IMG/VR virus record: IMGVR_UViG_3300008262_000001 | Length of the DNA stretch: 64,000 bases | Strand: one strand, 5' to 3' | Origin: a virus | Lineage: Duplodnaviria; Caudoviricetes | Shown: in pieces, positions 38,777-48,720 of the stretch | How positions within the stretch are numbered: position 1 is the stretch's first letter | Layout: each line of letters opens with the position of its first letter | The notes under the pieces: generated by a model | What the model was told of the DNA's origin: nothing | The model's input: only the letters and a program-made list of their open reading frames with translations | The model's database searches: none | Position numbers and translations under genes: made by a program

Positions 38777-39246
38777 AGCGACGAAGCTGCCAATCCAGGC
38801 ATTAACCTGGTTATATAAAGATATTGAGATATCACCTTGCCTGGGTTAATCTGAATCTTTTTCCCGTTATTAAGTTTTAAAGTTATCTCATGAGATCTTC
38901 TTCTGTTACCTTTCCATCTACGATCTTTGAATGCTTTAACTATTCTTACCGAAGGGTCTCTTCCCTCTTTCCATGCTGTTAAGCTAAGACTCATAGGTGG
39001 GTGAAATCCCATTTCGAAATATCTTTGAATTAAGATTAAGTCTTTCTCTTCTGTAACCTCTTCTCCTTCCGCTAATTTATTAAGAAGTAACTCGTAAGCA
39101 TTCCTAATCCTATAAGTTGTTAAAAACATGTCCGAATGTTCTGAACTTTGAGGAAACAAAGGACAGTTTGGTGCAATCCATGCTTTCACTCCTGGGTCGT
39201 TTTTCAAAGCGTAATTTAAACTACTGGTAATCTGATTTTTTTCCAT
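38773..39246 (-). CDS. hypothetical protein
   Basis: 157 aa. Confidence 0.65.
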   Translation of the reverse strand: MEKNQITSSLNYALKNDPGVKAWIAPNCPLFPQSSEHSDMFLTTYRIRNAYELLLNKLAEGEEVTEEKDLILIQRYFEMGFHPPMSLSLTAWKEGRDPSVRIVKAFKDRRWKGNRRRSHEITLKLNNGKKIQINPGKVISQYLYITRLMPGLAASSL

Positions 39247-39391
39247 ATTTATTTATTTTTTGATTTGTTATAGGTCTTATATGCAGGGGCATATGATTAG
39301 TTTATGGTTTTTGGTGAAAAAAATTGAAAATTTTTCTACTTGGAAAGAAAAAACACAAAACCCCTATAAAAATCAAGCATTTAAATAAATA

Positions 39392-39796
39392 CTACTTGTT
39401 GAATCTAGAAATGATACTGGCTCCAGCCTTGATATTAGCTATTCCTTCTCCCTCTAGATCTGAAGTGTTTAGACCTTTGAATTCTCCTACAGATTCAAAG
39501 TTTTTATTGAACTGAGAATAATCGAACTTCAATGGATTCATTGAAGATGTTAGAAGTCTAATAAATCCTCCGTCTTTGCTCTTCTTGTGGGCAATGAAAA
39601 GACCAGCTTTAGAAGCTCCCATAGATTCAAACTCAGGGGTCATGTTCTTTAAATCAGAGTAAGACAAAGATTCAGGCATAGATGAATTGATAGGATTTTC
39701 GATTTCAGCATCATAAGGAAACCAATCAAAGGTAAAATCTTCGATTACAATATCTGAGGGTAAACTGAACTCCTCGAAAAGTTTTAAATACTTCAT
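39392..39796 (-). CDS. hypothetical protein with CTS-like leader
   Basis: MKYLKLFEEF N-terminus. Confidence 0.7.
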   Translation of the reverse strand: MKYLKLFEEFSLPSDIVIEDFTFDWFPYDAEIENPINSSMPESLSYSDLKNMTPEFESMGASKAGLFIAHKKSKDGGFIRLLTSSMNPLKFDYSQFNKNFESVGEFKGLNTSDLEGEGIANIKAGASIISRFNK

Positions 39797-39914
39797 TTGT
39801 CAAAAATTATTTCGCTAGCTAAAACGGTTATTAAAGCTCCAATTGCACATGAAGCTAATATAAATAAAACAGATTTTACTCTTTGTTTCATTTCTCTTAT
39901 ATATCGAACCACAC

Positions 39915-39943
39915 AAAAAAAGCCTGGATTGACCAGGCTTTTT
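39915..39943. terminator. bidirectional terminator
   Basis: AAAAAAAGCCTGG-ATTGA-CCAGGCTTTTT. Confidence 0.75.
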
Positions 39944-39960
39944 AGATCTGAAAGATCTTA

Positions 39961-40329
39961 TTATTTAGAAGTAAGCTCTTTAGTTGTTGTAAAGAAGTTA
40001 CGCTTACCACGTCTAACTCGGTAGATCGTTTGTTTTCCTTTCATAGAAATTGTCTCGAAAGAAAGTTCAGTTCCTGCTTTTGCGCAAGATGAATTTTCAG
40101 ATTCAAGGCGCAAATTCCAATAAAGTCTTACTGGAAATCCAAAAGCTTGAGTGAAAGACTCAACCACTGCTTCTTCAGTAACTACTGGTTTAGAAGCAAC
40201 AACTGGCTTAATACTCTTAGGTTTAACAGAAACAGGTTTTACTGCTGAATCAGAACCAACTGTGCGACCTACTCGTACTGTTGACATCGGTTTGCGGATA
40301 GTACCGCTTGTTGAAACTTTTTTAGACAT
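39961..40329 (-). CDS. basic hypothetical protein
   Basis: K/R/V/P-rich N-terminus; TACATTTG (-7 element) at 40374-40381. Confidence 0.7.
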   Translation of the reverse strand: MSKKVSTSGTIRKPMSTVRVGRTVGSDSAVKPVSVKPKSIKPVVASKPVVTEEAVVESFTQAFGFPVRLYWNLRLESENSSCAKAGTELSFETISMKGKQTIYRVRRGKRNFFTTTKELTSK

Positions 40330-40527
40330 GTGTTTAGAAGTTTTGTTATGTTAACATTTATTTGTTAACAACGCAAATGTATAATGGGAATTACTACGAA
40401 AAAAACTTTTTAATGGTTTTTTTGAGTTTTTTTTAGATCTTCTTAGAAAAATCCAATAAAATATGGATTGTGAAATTTTCATGATTAATGGTTGAAATCT
40501 TTGAAATATATAAGGATAAAGAGGTAT

Positions 40528-41199
40528 ATGAAAAGAATATTCGCTATAATCCTGTTTCTAATTATTTCATTTTCAATGAGCTCGCAAACAGGAAACTTAT
40601 ACATTGGTCTATCTTCAGTAGCAATAGATGACAATGCAAAGTCTTCTGTGGTATTGAATAAAGACAACATTAGCTACCTACCCATACCAACGAAATTAAG
40701 CCTAATTAGAATTTACTCCAACGATTTATTTTTCAGAGTAGATGGAGGATATTTGAAATTAAATGAGCAGCTTTATGGTGAAAGATACAGAAATCCAGGT
40801 GACATGTTTTCTTTTGATGGTTCAATAGGGTACAGGTTAAGACTTAAAAAAGAGTCACCAAGATTCGATAGAAAGAAAAACTTTTTCAGTTCATATTCAA
40901 TCTATGGAGCAGCTTTAACTGGTTTAGGATACACTTACAAAACTCTTTATCCAATTGAGTTTACTTCCGCATATACACTCAACGCAGGGTTTAATCTCAC
41001 TTTTAATTTCTTGTCAAGCAAAATTGCTTTCAATTTTCAAACATTGGGAAAGTTTGGTCTTCATAAGATGTTTCCACACCACGGAACAAATTACATAGAT
41101 TTTTCTATTGGAATCTTTTACAAGTTGATGGACTATAATAAAAACTCGCTCAAAGCTAAAACATTTAAGAGAGAGGCAAGAAAAAATCAAAACGAATGA
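40528..41199 (+). CDS. secreted, probable outer-membrane beta-barrel protein
   Basis: Signal peptide MKRIFAIILFLIISFSMSSQ; alternating aromatic/Gly strands ending DFSIGIFYKL. Confidence 0.6.
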   Translation: MKRIFAIILFLIISFSMSSQTGNLYIGLSSVAIDDNAKSSVVLNKDNISYLPIPTKLSLIRIYSNDLFFRVDGGYLKLNEQLYGERYRNPGDMFSFDGSIGYRLRLKKESPRFDRKKNFFSSYSIYGAALTGLGYTYKTLYPIEFTSAYTLNAGFNLTFNFLSSKIAFNFQTLGKFGLHKMFPHHGTNYIDFSIGIFYKLMDYNKNSLKAKTFKREARKNQNE

Positions 41200-41720
41200 A
41201 ATTCATCATCAAAAAAGGAGAGCACTTTTCAAGTCCTGAGAGGATAACGAAAAAGATTTTTGATTTTATAAATCTACAAGGATACAAAGGTTTTTGGACA
41301 AAGTTTGATGAATCTTGTCTTTATGATTTAGGTTCTGAAGATCAAAGTGATATAAACAAACTATTTGGGATATCCTCAGGGTTTCATCATAACAATTCTG
41401 CAAGATTTGGATGGAGAGCTGATGGGAATATTATTAAACTGTCATCGTATTGCTACATCAACGGAGAAAGAAAATCGAAAGACCTAATCGATTTAAGATT
41501 AGGTCAATGGTATAAACTTTCAATCTCAATTAGACCAGGAGCTTATTTATTTGAGGTAGAGGATCAAGAAAAATCTTTATTCTCGTACTTTGTTGGTACA
41601 AACCGGAGATTTTACTGGGGATATAATTTGTGGCCATATTTCGGGGGAAATCAAACAGCTCCTCATAATATGGTTATTGAGTTAGAAGATTTCGATCCTT
41701 ATTTTCAAGGAAGGATTTAA
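41196..41720 (+). CDS. conserved hypothetical, beta-sandwich (lectin-like) protein
   Basis: 174 aa aromatic-rich; ATGA coupling. Confidence 0.65.
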   Translation: MKFIIKKGEHFSSPERITKKIFDFINLQGYKGFWTKFDESCLYDLGSEDQSDINKLFGISSGFHHNNSARFGWRADGNIIKLSSYCYINGERKSKDLIDLRLGQWYKLSISIRPGAYLFEVEDQEKSLFSYFVGTNRRFYWGYNLWPYFGGNQTAPHNMVIELEDFDPYFQGRI

Positions 41721-41722
41721 AT

Positions 41723-42088
41723 CTATTTTTCAAAAACTTCCCCGGAGGTGAGCTTTAACTCCTCCAAATCCACCTTATACTTATTGGAAAGATTCTTGAA
41801 CTTTAACCCGACCAGGAAGTGGATAAAGCCTGCGAAAAAAGCAAAAAGGATTCCAGGGAACCAAATTACCATTAAAGTGTATCCAATGAAGTTGTGCATT
41901 TCTCCATTAATAACTACATCAATAAAAGCAACAATAAAAGTTATTCCTGCAATCCATTTGAAAGCGGGAATGTATTTGGCTAACTTCTGAACTTGTACAT
42001 ACAGCTTTAAAATAAAGGATTCAGAAATTTCTTTTTTAAGTTCTTGATTCATTTTTTTATTTTTGTTTGATGGGTAATTACGAAACAA
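41723..42088 (-). CDS. hypothetical membrane protein
   Basis: Two hydrophobic helices. Confidence 0.6.
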   Translation of the reverse strand: MFRNYPSNKNKKMNQELKKEISESFILKLYVQVQKLAKYIPAFKWIAGITFIVAFIDVVINGEMHNFIGYTLMVIWFPGILFAFFAGFIHFLVGLKFKNLSNKYKVDLEELKLTSGEVFEK

Positions 42089-42130
42089 CCCTTAGACTTC
42101 TTATATAATCTTTACTTTACAAAATTTCAC

Positions 42131-43276
42131 ATGCAAAACAGAAAAATATGTTTGGCAATGATAGTCAAAAACGAAGCACAAGTTATCGAAAGATGTCTGT
42201 CGTCTGTTAAAAATATCATTGACTATTGGGTTATTGTTGATACTGGATCAACTGACGGAACACAGGATCTAATTACAAAGACAATGGAAGCCTACGAAAT
42301 TCCTGGAGAACTTCATGAAAAGGAATGGGTTAATTTTGAAGTTAACAGAAACCAAAGTTTAGATTTAGCAAAAGGGAAGGCTGAATATACTTTGGTAATC
42401 GATGCGGATGATTTTTTGATTGCACCAAACCCCAGCATTTTTAGAACCTTATCAGATCATGCCTATAAGGTGGAAATAAAGCTTGGGGATAAAACATACC
42501 ATAGAATCCAAATATTTAAATCCAATCTAGACTGGGAGTATGAAGGAATTTTACATGAGTATTTAAAAATCCCAAAAATAGAAAAATATCAAGAGGGTAT
42601 CTTGGATGGTGTAACAATGATAGCATCTTCTAGTGCTTGTCAAGGTGATCCAAAATATCTAGAAGATGCACAAATCTTAGAGAAGGAACTTAAGAGAAAA
42701 GATTTAAGTGCCAATCTTAGGAACAGATACATGTTTTACATAGCTCAAAGTTATTTTGATGGCAAAGACTATAAAAAAGCAATTGAGTACTTTCAAAAAA
42801 GAGGTAAAGCTGGGGGTTGGCCGGAAGAAGTTTATGTTTCGCTTTGGATGGCTGCTAAATCAAAATATCTAAATTCAAGCTCAAATTCCCAAATATTAGA
42901 ATCTTTTGTCAAAGCTTGGGAATATAGACCACAAAGAAAAGAAGCAACTTACGACCTTATCAATTTCCTTTCATCAGTTGGTAAAAAAAGGTTAGCATTT
43001 CTAATATCTAAGGATTCTTTAAATCAGCCTCCGTTAGCTGACTCATTGTGTGTTGACAAATCGATTTATGAATGGAAATTCATTAACCAATATGCAACCC
43101 TTTGTTATCAAAATGGATACATTTCAGAAGGTCTAATGGCTCTAGAAAAATTAACAGAATCTTCTATTTTTGTAACTCTAAGCGAAAAAGAACAAAAATC
43201 TGTCTGGGCAAATTTAGAACTTCACCAGTTAACTCTAATGTGTAGTTTCGAGGTCCCATCAGGATACGTAAATTAA
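42131..43276 (+). CDS. GT2 glycosyltransferase with TPR-like C-terminus
   Basis: CLAMIVKNEAQVIERCL, VDTGSTDGT, IDADD, LHEYL; helical repeats. Confidence 0.88.
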   Translation: MQNRKICLAMIVKNEAQVIERCLSSVKNIIDYWVIVDTGSTDGTQDLITKTMEAYEIPGELHEKEWVNFEVNRNQSLDLAKGKAEYTLVIDADDFLIAPNPSIFRTLSDHAYKVEIKLGDKTYHRIQIFKSNLDWEYEGILHEYLKIPKIEKYQEGILDGVTMIASSSACQGDPKYLEDAQILEKELKRKDLSANLRNRYMFYIAQSYFDGKDYKKAIEYFQKRGKAGGWPEEVYVSLWMAAKSKYLNSSSNSQILESFVKAWEYRPQRKEATYDLINFLSSVGKKRLAFLISKDSLNQPPLADSLCVDKSIYEWKFINQYATLCYQNGYISEGLMALEKLTESSIFVTLSEKEQKSVWANLELHQLTLMCSFEVPSGYVN

Positions 43277-43304
43277 AAAAAAAGCTCCTGCGGGAGCTTT
43301 TTTT
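43275..43304. terminator. bidirectional terminator
   Basis: A-run GCTCC-TGCG-GGAGC T-run between convergent genes. Confidence 0.8.
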
Positions 43305-43321
43305 GTGGGGGTAAAAATTGC

Positions 43322-44986
43322 CTAATTGCCAACTAAGAAATTTTTAACTTCTATAACTTCAGGGGTAGTGAACACATACATGTATAACCCGCAGGGGTGA
43401 TTATCGTAATCAATCGACATTATGTTTTCAGGTTGAATGTTTGTCTCTAAACATTTCTTGCCATTCATGTCATATACTTCAATTGTTCCTTGACTATCCG
43501 ATAGATTTTTAAAGAACACCTGGTTTGGAGATGATTGGATTTGTAACGATTCTTTCCTTCCTATTTCCTTGCTTGGTAAATCTTCTGCATCCAATTCACT
43601 ATTAGCGTTCTCTCCGGTGTTTAAAAATCTAATCGTCTGTGAGCAAACAGATGAATTTCCTGAGCAATCTGTAACTGTCCATTGTCTAATCAAAGTGTAT
43701 TCATTTGAGCAATCGGTATCAAAAGCAAAATCACCCGCTCCAGAAATTGGAGCGAACTGTCCTGGTTGACTCGGAAATACTCCAGAGTAATTGAACCAAC
43801 CACCAAATCCATTAGCTGAGGAATTATAGTTATTGGCTCCGTTCCCGTACTGAAAACCAAAATATTGATTTGCAGGAGCGTGAGTTAGACTTATTGCAGA
43901 TCCTGTATAATCGCCGAATCCAGTTAACTCTGCACCATCGCCATTGTTTAATAGATAGTAGATCCACGAATCGTGATTTGACTCACTGCCGTTGCAGTCT
44001 GCTTTGAAGCTTGTGGGATAAGATAAAGAAGTCCATTCTTCCCAAGTATATGCTCCAGTAAAAGTAACATCAACAAGAAATCCATTTTGGTTGTTGAATA
44101 CGTTTGTCAGCATTGCAGATATTCTGATTGTGTTACTATCAATTTGAGTTATCTGTCCAGATTCAACACTATAAAACCTATGGAGAACAGGTAAGTTCAT
44201 CAATTGCATTCCCCAATCAACTAACCCACCATTTACGATAACGTCGCAATTACCACCACTTGATGCAGGTGGAGTAAATATCGAACAATTGGGTGTACTA
44301 TCACCTAAATAGAATTCTTCATAATTAACTGTAAGGTTCTGGTCACAATTATCAGAGACTAAGATCTCGTAACCCTCTGGTAATGTTTCTCCCGTACTTA
44401 AAACAAGATCTGGCGGACAATTACTTATAGTGGGTTCAGATAAGTCCTGAAAAGAAATATTTTGACTGAAATAAGAAGAGTTACCGCATTCATCTGTTGC
44501 GGTCCAAATTCTATAGAAAGAAGAATCACATCCAAAATACTGAACTTCAGTATCTTGATAAGTAAGAACAATGTCCGATGAGCAATTATCAATGACTTGA
44601 GGATATGCGAGAGTATCATCAGATCCACATCCCACTACAATTTGACTTTGTAGATTAACAAAAGAAGGGGATGATTCATCAACAATATAGATGTTTTGTG
44701 ACTCAACTGCTTGGTTGCCTTGATCATCAAAAGCTCTATAAACCCTGAATATATTGATAGATCCTGCACAGTCTCCAGAAAAAACCTCTTCGTAGAATAC
44801 AAGCTCAACTAGAGTATCACAGTTGTCAAAGACATCAGGAATAGCAGAAGATAAATCATCATTGCAACCTAAAGTCACATTGGGATTAAAGTTAACATAC
44901 CAGGGATTAATAGTATCACCTGCACAAGACTGAGAAAAGATCTGCAAATAAAAAAGTGTAAAAAATAATAGAAGTGAATATTTCAT
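43322..44986 (-). CDS. secreted HYR-like/Ig repeat protein with T9SS type A C-terminal domain
   Basis: Signal MKYSLLLFFTLFYLQIFSQ; repeats DNCD...RIWTATDECGNSS; C-terminus IEVYDMNGKK...GLYMYVF. Confidence 0.8.
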   Translation of the reverse strand: MKYSLLLFFTLFYLQIFSQSCAGDTINPWYVNFNPNVTLGCNDDLSSAIPDVFDNCDTLVELVFYEEVFSGDCAGSINIFRVYRAFDDQGNQAVESQNIYIVDESSPSFVNLQSQIVVGCGSDDTLAYPQVIDNCSSDIVLTYQDTEVQYFGCDSSFYRIWTATDECGNSSYFSQNISFQDLSEPTISNCPPDLVLSTGETLPEGYEILVSDNCDQNLTVNYEEFYLGDSTPNCSIFTPPASSGGNCDVIVNGGLVDWGMQLMNLPVLHRFYSVESGQITQIDSNTIRISAMLTNVFNNQNGFLVDVTFTGAYTWEEWTSLSYPTSFKADCNGSESNHDSWIYYLLNNGDGAELTGFGDYTGSAISLTHAPANQYFGFQYGNGANNYNSSANGFGGWFNYSGVFPSQPGQFAPISGAGDFAFDTDCSNEYTLIRQWTVTDCSGNSSVCSQTIRFLNTGENANSELDAEDLPSKEIGRKESLQIQSSPNQVFFKNLSDSQGTIEVYDMNGKKCLETNIQPENIMSIDYDNHPCGLYMYVFTTPEVIEVKNFLVGN

Positions 44987-45042
44987 ATTTTGGAAATGGT
45001 TTGAAAAATTATACACCGTTTCCAAAAAAGATTACAGAAGAC

Positions 45043-45708
45043 TTACAAAAAAACTTTTAGATTGGATTCAAATACGGAGGTAAACTCCTCTATTTTGGGA
45101 ATTTGAGACATTGTGGGAGTAAGCCCGGTAGAAAGGTAAGCCTGTATTTCATCCATTACTACTTCTTCACAATAGCCCATTGAAGTAATTAGATAGGACA
45201 TATTATTGACAACCTCCTGTGGTAGGGAATTCACTAAAGCCGTTGCTTTTTCTTTGTATTCAGGATTCACATAAAAAAGGCCATGAGAAATTTCATGATC
45301 CATGATCCTACCATCTTCACTATTAACACCAATAAGATACCATCTAGTTTCTTGTTCTAACTGTGCTTTAACAGCGTCAATTATCTCTTTCATAACATAG
45401 TCGTAAGGCGTGGCTAAAGTGTCGCTATTGTCATCTAACACATGATTTATACATTGCTCAACTATGTCTCCAGGAACATTGAAACCCCCCCAATCACCAG
45501 GGTAGGTAAAAAAGCTGGAATCATTTTCTTTTCTGTAATGATTCATATACTGAAAGATATCGAAATGCTTTCCTCTAAAATCTGGAAAGGGTGATTCATA
45601 AAATTCCTGGCACCTAAGAAAAAGCATTGCCCTTTCATAAGAATCTTCTACGACAACAACAAAAATCCCCGAAGAAGCTTTTTTCAAAGTGTAATTTACC
45701 ATCTTCAT
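45043..45708 (-). CDS. conserved hypothetical phage protein, possible metallopeptidase-like
   Basis: HEISHG (HExxH) and distal DEIQAY. Confidence 0.65.
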   Translation of the reverse strand: MKMVNYTLKKASSGIFVVVVEDSYERAMLFLRCQEFYESPFPDFRGKHFDIFQYMNHYRKENDSSFFTYPGDWGGFNVPGDIVEQCINHVLDDNSDTLATPYDYVMKEIIDAVKAQLEQETRWYLIGVNSEDGRIMDHEISHGLFYVNPEYKEKATALVNSLPQEVVNNMSYLITSMGYCEEVVMDEIQAYLSTGLTPTMSQIPKIEEFTSVFESNLKVFL

Positions 45709-45748
45709 AAATTCAAAAAGCTTCTTCGGGATTTTTTTAAAAAATATT

Positions 45749-46210
45749 TTATTTTTTCATGAAGTCAAAAGCTGCAGTTGAGCTTGTCATAACAAATTCA
45801 TGATATTCATCTTGGCAGTGAGACTCATTTACACGAAGCACCAAAGTTGAGCATTTTTTAAAGTGGTCTAGGAATATTTGGTTTTCTTCTGCACTGAGAT
45901 CATCCAGCATAAAAATAGTTGATGAGTCACTTGACTTTGCACAATTGAAAGTGTATTTTAGACTTTCGGTCCCACACTTCAAAGCCATGTCTACAGTGGG
46001 ATAATCGTCACAAAAGTAACTTCCAGTAACATAAAAAGCAATTTCTCCCTCTACATTTTCCATTTTCAGAAATGCCGATTTATCTTTCGAGGAACAATAG
46101 GCAATTTTGTAAGAAGGATCAATTTTGTTGTCAACTTTTTTAAAAACCCATTGCGAATAGGAAAGATTAGAGAAACAAGTAACAATTAAAACCAGAACTA
46201 AATTTTTCAT
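45749..46210 (-). CDS. secreted hypothetical protein
   Basis: Signal MKNLVLVLIVTCFSNLSYSQ; TAAGTTTG at 46239-46246. Confidence 0.7.
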   Translation of the reverse strand: MKNLVLVLIVTCFSNLSYSQWVFKKVDNKIDPSYKIAYCSSKDKSAFLKMENVEGEIAFYVTGSYFCDDYPTVDMALKCGTESLKYTFNCAKSSDSSTIFMLDDLSAEENQIFLDHFKKCSTLVLRVNESHCQDEYHEFVMTSSTAAFDFMKK

Positions 46211-46307
46211 TTTTTTAAATTTTAAATTTATAAACACCCAAACTTATACATAGGTTTAGTAAATAAAAAATGTTTTCTAAAAAAAAAAAACAGAAAAATC
46301 TAAAGTA

Positions 46308-46640
46308 TTAATCCTCATCAGGTATGAATTCGAAAGTATTGCTCAGTTTTTCTTCTTCAAGTCTTTCAATATCCTCATACAACCTTTTCAGGAAAGATTT
46401 TTCTCCATCATCGCCTGAGACTAACCAATCTACCCTTTGTGCGAAAATTTCAGCTTTTCTAATTTGGTACCAGGCCTCCTTGAAATGAGCAATGACTTCA
46501 TCCGAATATTGATAATGATAATCGGGGTCCCAGGAATTTTGCTTCTCCCTTTTGACGTTGTTTTTTCTTATTATCTGATCGATACTGTCAGCAATAACCC
46601 TTATTTTGTATTGATCGTAATTAAAATGACCACCACTCAT
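46308..46640 (-). CDS. hypothetical phage protein
   Basis: MSGGHFNY...VDWLVSGDDGE pattern seen in phage orphans. Confidence 0.7.
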   Translation of the reverse strand: MSGGHFNYDQYKIRVIADSIDQIIRKNNVKREKQNSWDPDYHYQYSDEVIAHFKEAWYQIRKAEIFAQRVDWLVSGDDGEKSFLKRLYEDIERLEEEKLSNTFEFIPDED

Positions 46641-46642
46641 AT

Positions 46643-46915
46643 TTATGCAATTTTAATGTATTCTTCAACTTTGTTCCAATACGAAAGGAACATGGGATGT
46701 AATTTTGTATATCCAGTGCCATTTGGGAATGGAGAATCATTAAATGATGGGTCGTCCTCCCTACTTTCTTTGATTTTGCTGATCAAAAGCATAGAGCATT
46801 CCTTGGCAATTGATGTACAAAGTATTTCATTCCCACATTCAGTGTCCTCGCTCATCAAGATGATCTTAAATGAAGACATAATTTCTTCCGCCTTGATTTT
46901 AGGATCTACAGTCAT
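46643..46915 (-). CDS. hypothetical protein
   Basis: 90 aa in tight run. Confidence 0.65.
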   Translation of the reverse strand: MTVDPKIKAEEIMSSFKIILMSEDTECGNEILCTSIAKECSMLLISKIKESREDDPSFNDSPFPNGTGYTKLHPMFLSYWNKVEEYIKIA

Positions 46916-46920
46916 AATTT

Positions 46921-47223
46921 TTACTTTGTAAATTCAACGCAATATAAATCAACATAGTCAAGTCCTTCTTTTTTTAGATTCAAATAATGACAATTGTATG
47001 TCAAATAGCCTTCGTAGTCAGTTGATTTCTTGGGATCAGCAGGAGTAAAACTTATTCTCTCGCCCATTGGATTGTCAGGAATTTTATAACCCCTTGTTAC
47101 ATCATAAAACTCATCAACCTCTTTTTTGATCAGATCTAAAGATTGGGAAACTGCAAGAGGCTTACTCTTATTCCCTTTGTTTGCTCGTAGAATAGCAACA
47201 TAAACTTTAGACATATTTTTCAA
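46921..47223 (-). CDS. hypothetical protein
   Basis: 100 aa in tight run. Confidence 0.65.
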   Translation of the reverse strand: MKNMSKVYVAILRANKGNKSKPLAVSQSLDLIKKEVDEFYDVTRGYKIPDNPMGERISFTPADPKKSTDYEGYLTYNCHYLNLKKEGLDYVDLYCVEFTK

Positions 47224-47281
47224 TTTTATACCCTAAGTTATAGAAGTAGTCAGAAAAAGGATTCGCAAAAATCTATTATTT

Positions 47282-47593
47282 TTAGAAAGATGAAAATCCT
47301 TTCAAATGAGTTAACCCTTCATTAAAATCTTCCCCTAATATTTTGATGGACCCATCCTCATTGAATCTAACCCCATCAGACCCTAATATCTTTGCATCTT
47401 GTCCGATTAACTCCCTGTCCATAAATTCAGGACCAAACTCTTTTACACTTTTTACTCCATCTAAATCTACAACAAATTGTAGTTGCTCAATTCCTTGGTG
47501 TTGTTTGATCAATGACTTGATTTTACCCTTTATAGAAACATAATCACTTGAACCACCCTTAACAGGTTTCAATTTAGCTCTCAGTATATTCAT
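47282..47593 (-). CDS. hypothetical protein
   Basis: 103 aa; GATATATA at 47613-47620. Confidence 0.65.
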   Translation of the reverse strand: MNILRAKLKPVKGGSSDYVSIKGKIKSLIKQHQGIEQLQFVVDLDGVKSVKEFGPEFMDRELIGQDAKILGSDGVRFNEDGSIKILGEDFNEGLTHLKGFSSF

Positions 47594-47622
47594 GGAAGAA
47601 AATTTGATATTCTATATATCAC

Positions 47623-47644
47623 AAAAAAAGCGGCCTTAGCCGCT
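47623..47644 (-). terminator. rho-independent terminator after cyclophilin
   Basis: GCGGC-CTTA-GCCGC with T-run on the minus strand. Confidence 0.7.
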
Positions 47645-47662
47645 TCATATGATAAATTAAGA

Positions 47663-48094
47663 TTAATCAAGGATATCAATCGAAACGATTTTGTCTCCCT
47701 GCTGAACTTGATCAATAACATTCAATCCCTCAATCACTTTACCAAAACATGTGTGGTTTCTATCTAAGTGTTGAGTGTTTTGTCTATTGTGACAAATAAA
47801 AAATTGGGACCCTCCGGTATTTCTACCTGCGTGTGCCATGGACAAAACGCCTTTATCATGATATTGATTTCCTCCATCAAGTTCGCAAGGAATTGAGTAG
47901 CCAGGACCACCGGCTCCAGTTCCTTGTGGGCACCCACCTTGAATTACGAAATTGGGGATCACTCGATGAAAATTCAGTCCATTGTAAAATCCCTTTTTAG
48001 AAAGATCAACAAAGTTTTTAACAGTTCCAGGTGCATCAGCCTCGTAGAATTCTACGACCATATCACCTTTTGAGGTTTTAATTATTCCTTTCAT
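47663..48094 (-). CDS. cyclophilin-type peptidyl-prolyl cis-trans isomerase
   Basis: FYNGLNFHRVIPNFVIQGGCP, GVLSMAHAGRNTGGSQFFI, HLDRNHTCFGKV; start MKGIIKT at 48094. Confidence 0.95.
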   Translation of the reverse strand: MKGIIKTSKGDMVVEFYEADAPGTVKNFVDLSKKGFYNGLNFHRVIPNFVIQGGCPQGTGAGGPGYSIPCELDGGNQYHDKGVLSMAHAGRNTGGSQFFICHNRQNTQHLDRNHTCFGKVIEGLNVIDQVQQGDKIVSIDILD

Positions 48095-48151
48095 TTTTTG
48101 CTTTTCTGATTTTATCGATGTATCAAAAATGGTTTCAAAATTGAAAACCAC

Positions 48152-48177
48152 AAAAAAAGGGTCCTAAGACCCTTTTT
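48152..48177. terminator. bidirectional terminator
   Basis: AAAAAAAGGGTC-CTAA-GACCCTTTTT. Confidence 0.75.
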
Positions 48178-48193
48178 ATAAAAGCATTTCAGT

Positions 48194-48358
48194 TTAAGCC
48201 TTTTTAGCTACAACAGACCATACCACACCTACTAATGTCATAGCAGATCCTATCATTTCAGCAATTTGACCATCTGAAGCCAAACCTTTAGCAACTAAAA
48301 TACCGCCCATGAAAGTAAGGGCATGTCTAACGAATCCTAAAATTTGTTCTTTTTGCAT
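48194..48358 (-). CDS. small 2-TM holin-like protein (Pam3-gp28-like)
   Basis: MQKEQILGFVRHALTFMGGILVAKG...LVGVVWSVVAKK; GATATATA at 48374-48381. Confidence 0.7.
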   Translation of the reverse strand: MQKEQILGFVRHALTFMGGILVAKGLASDGQIAEMIGSAMTLVGVVWSVVAKKA

Positions 48359-48450
48359 GTTTTGGTTTTCTTCTATATATCCGAAAGTGTGATTTATTAA
48401 CAAGGCATATCTGTTTTCATAAATAAAAATACATTTGGAAAAAAGAAAAT

Positions 48451-48720
48451 ATGATTACGGAGATCATCAACATATCAGTGGTAGGTAACAATTTTAAAAT
48501 TACCTATGTGATCAGAAGCAAAAAGAAAGCATATCAAACATCGATACCTACTAAAATTCTTTCCAATTTAGACGTAATTTTAGGAGATCAGAAAAACTCT
48601 GTCTTACAGACATATGTCACTAGAACACACAAAGAATACTACGAACTCGATCTCACTGAAGTTAAATTAATTTTAGACGATGAAGAAATAATAAAGAAAA
48701 AACTGGAATGGATCAAATAG
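48451..48720 (+). CDS. hypothetical protein
   Basis: 89 aa. Confidence 0.55.
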   Translation: MITEIINISVVGNNFKITYVIRSKKKAYQTSIPTKILSNLDVILGDQKNSVLQTYVTRTHKEYYELDLTEVKLILDDEEIIKKKLEWIK

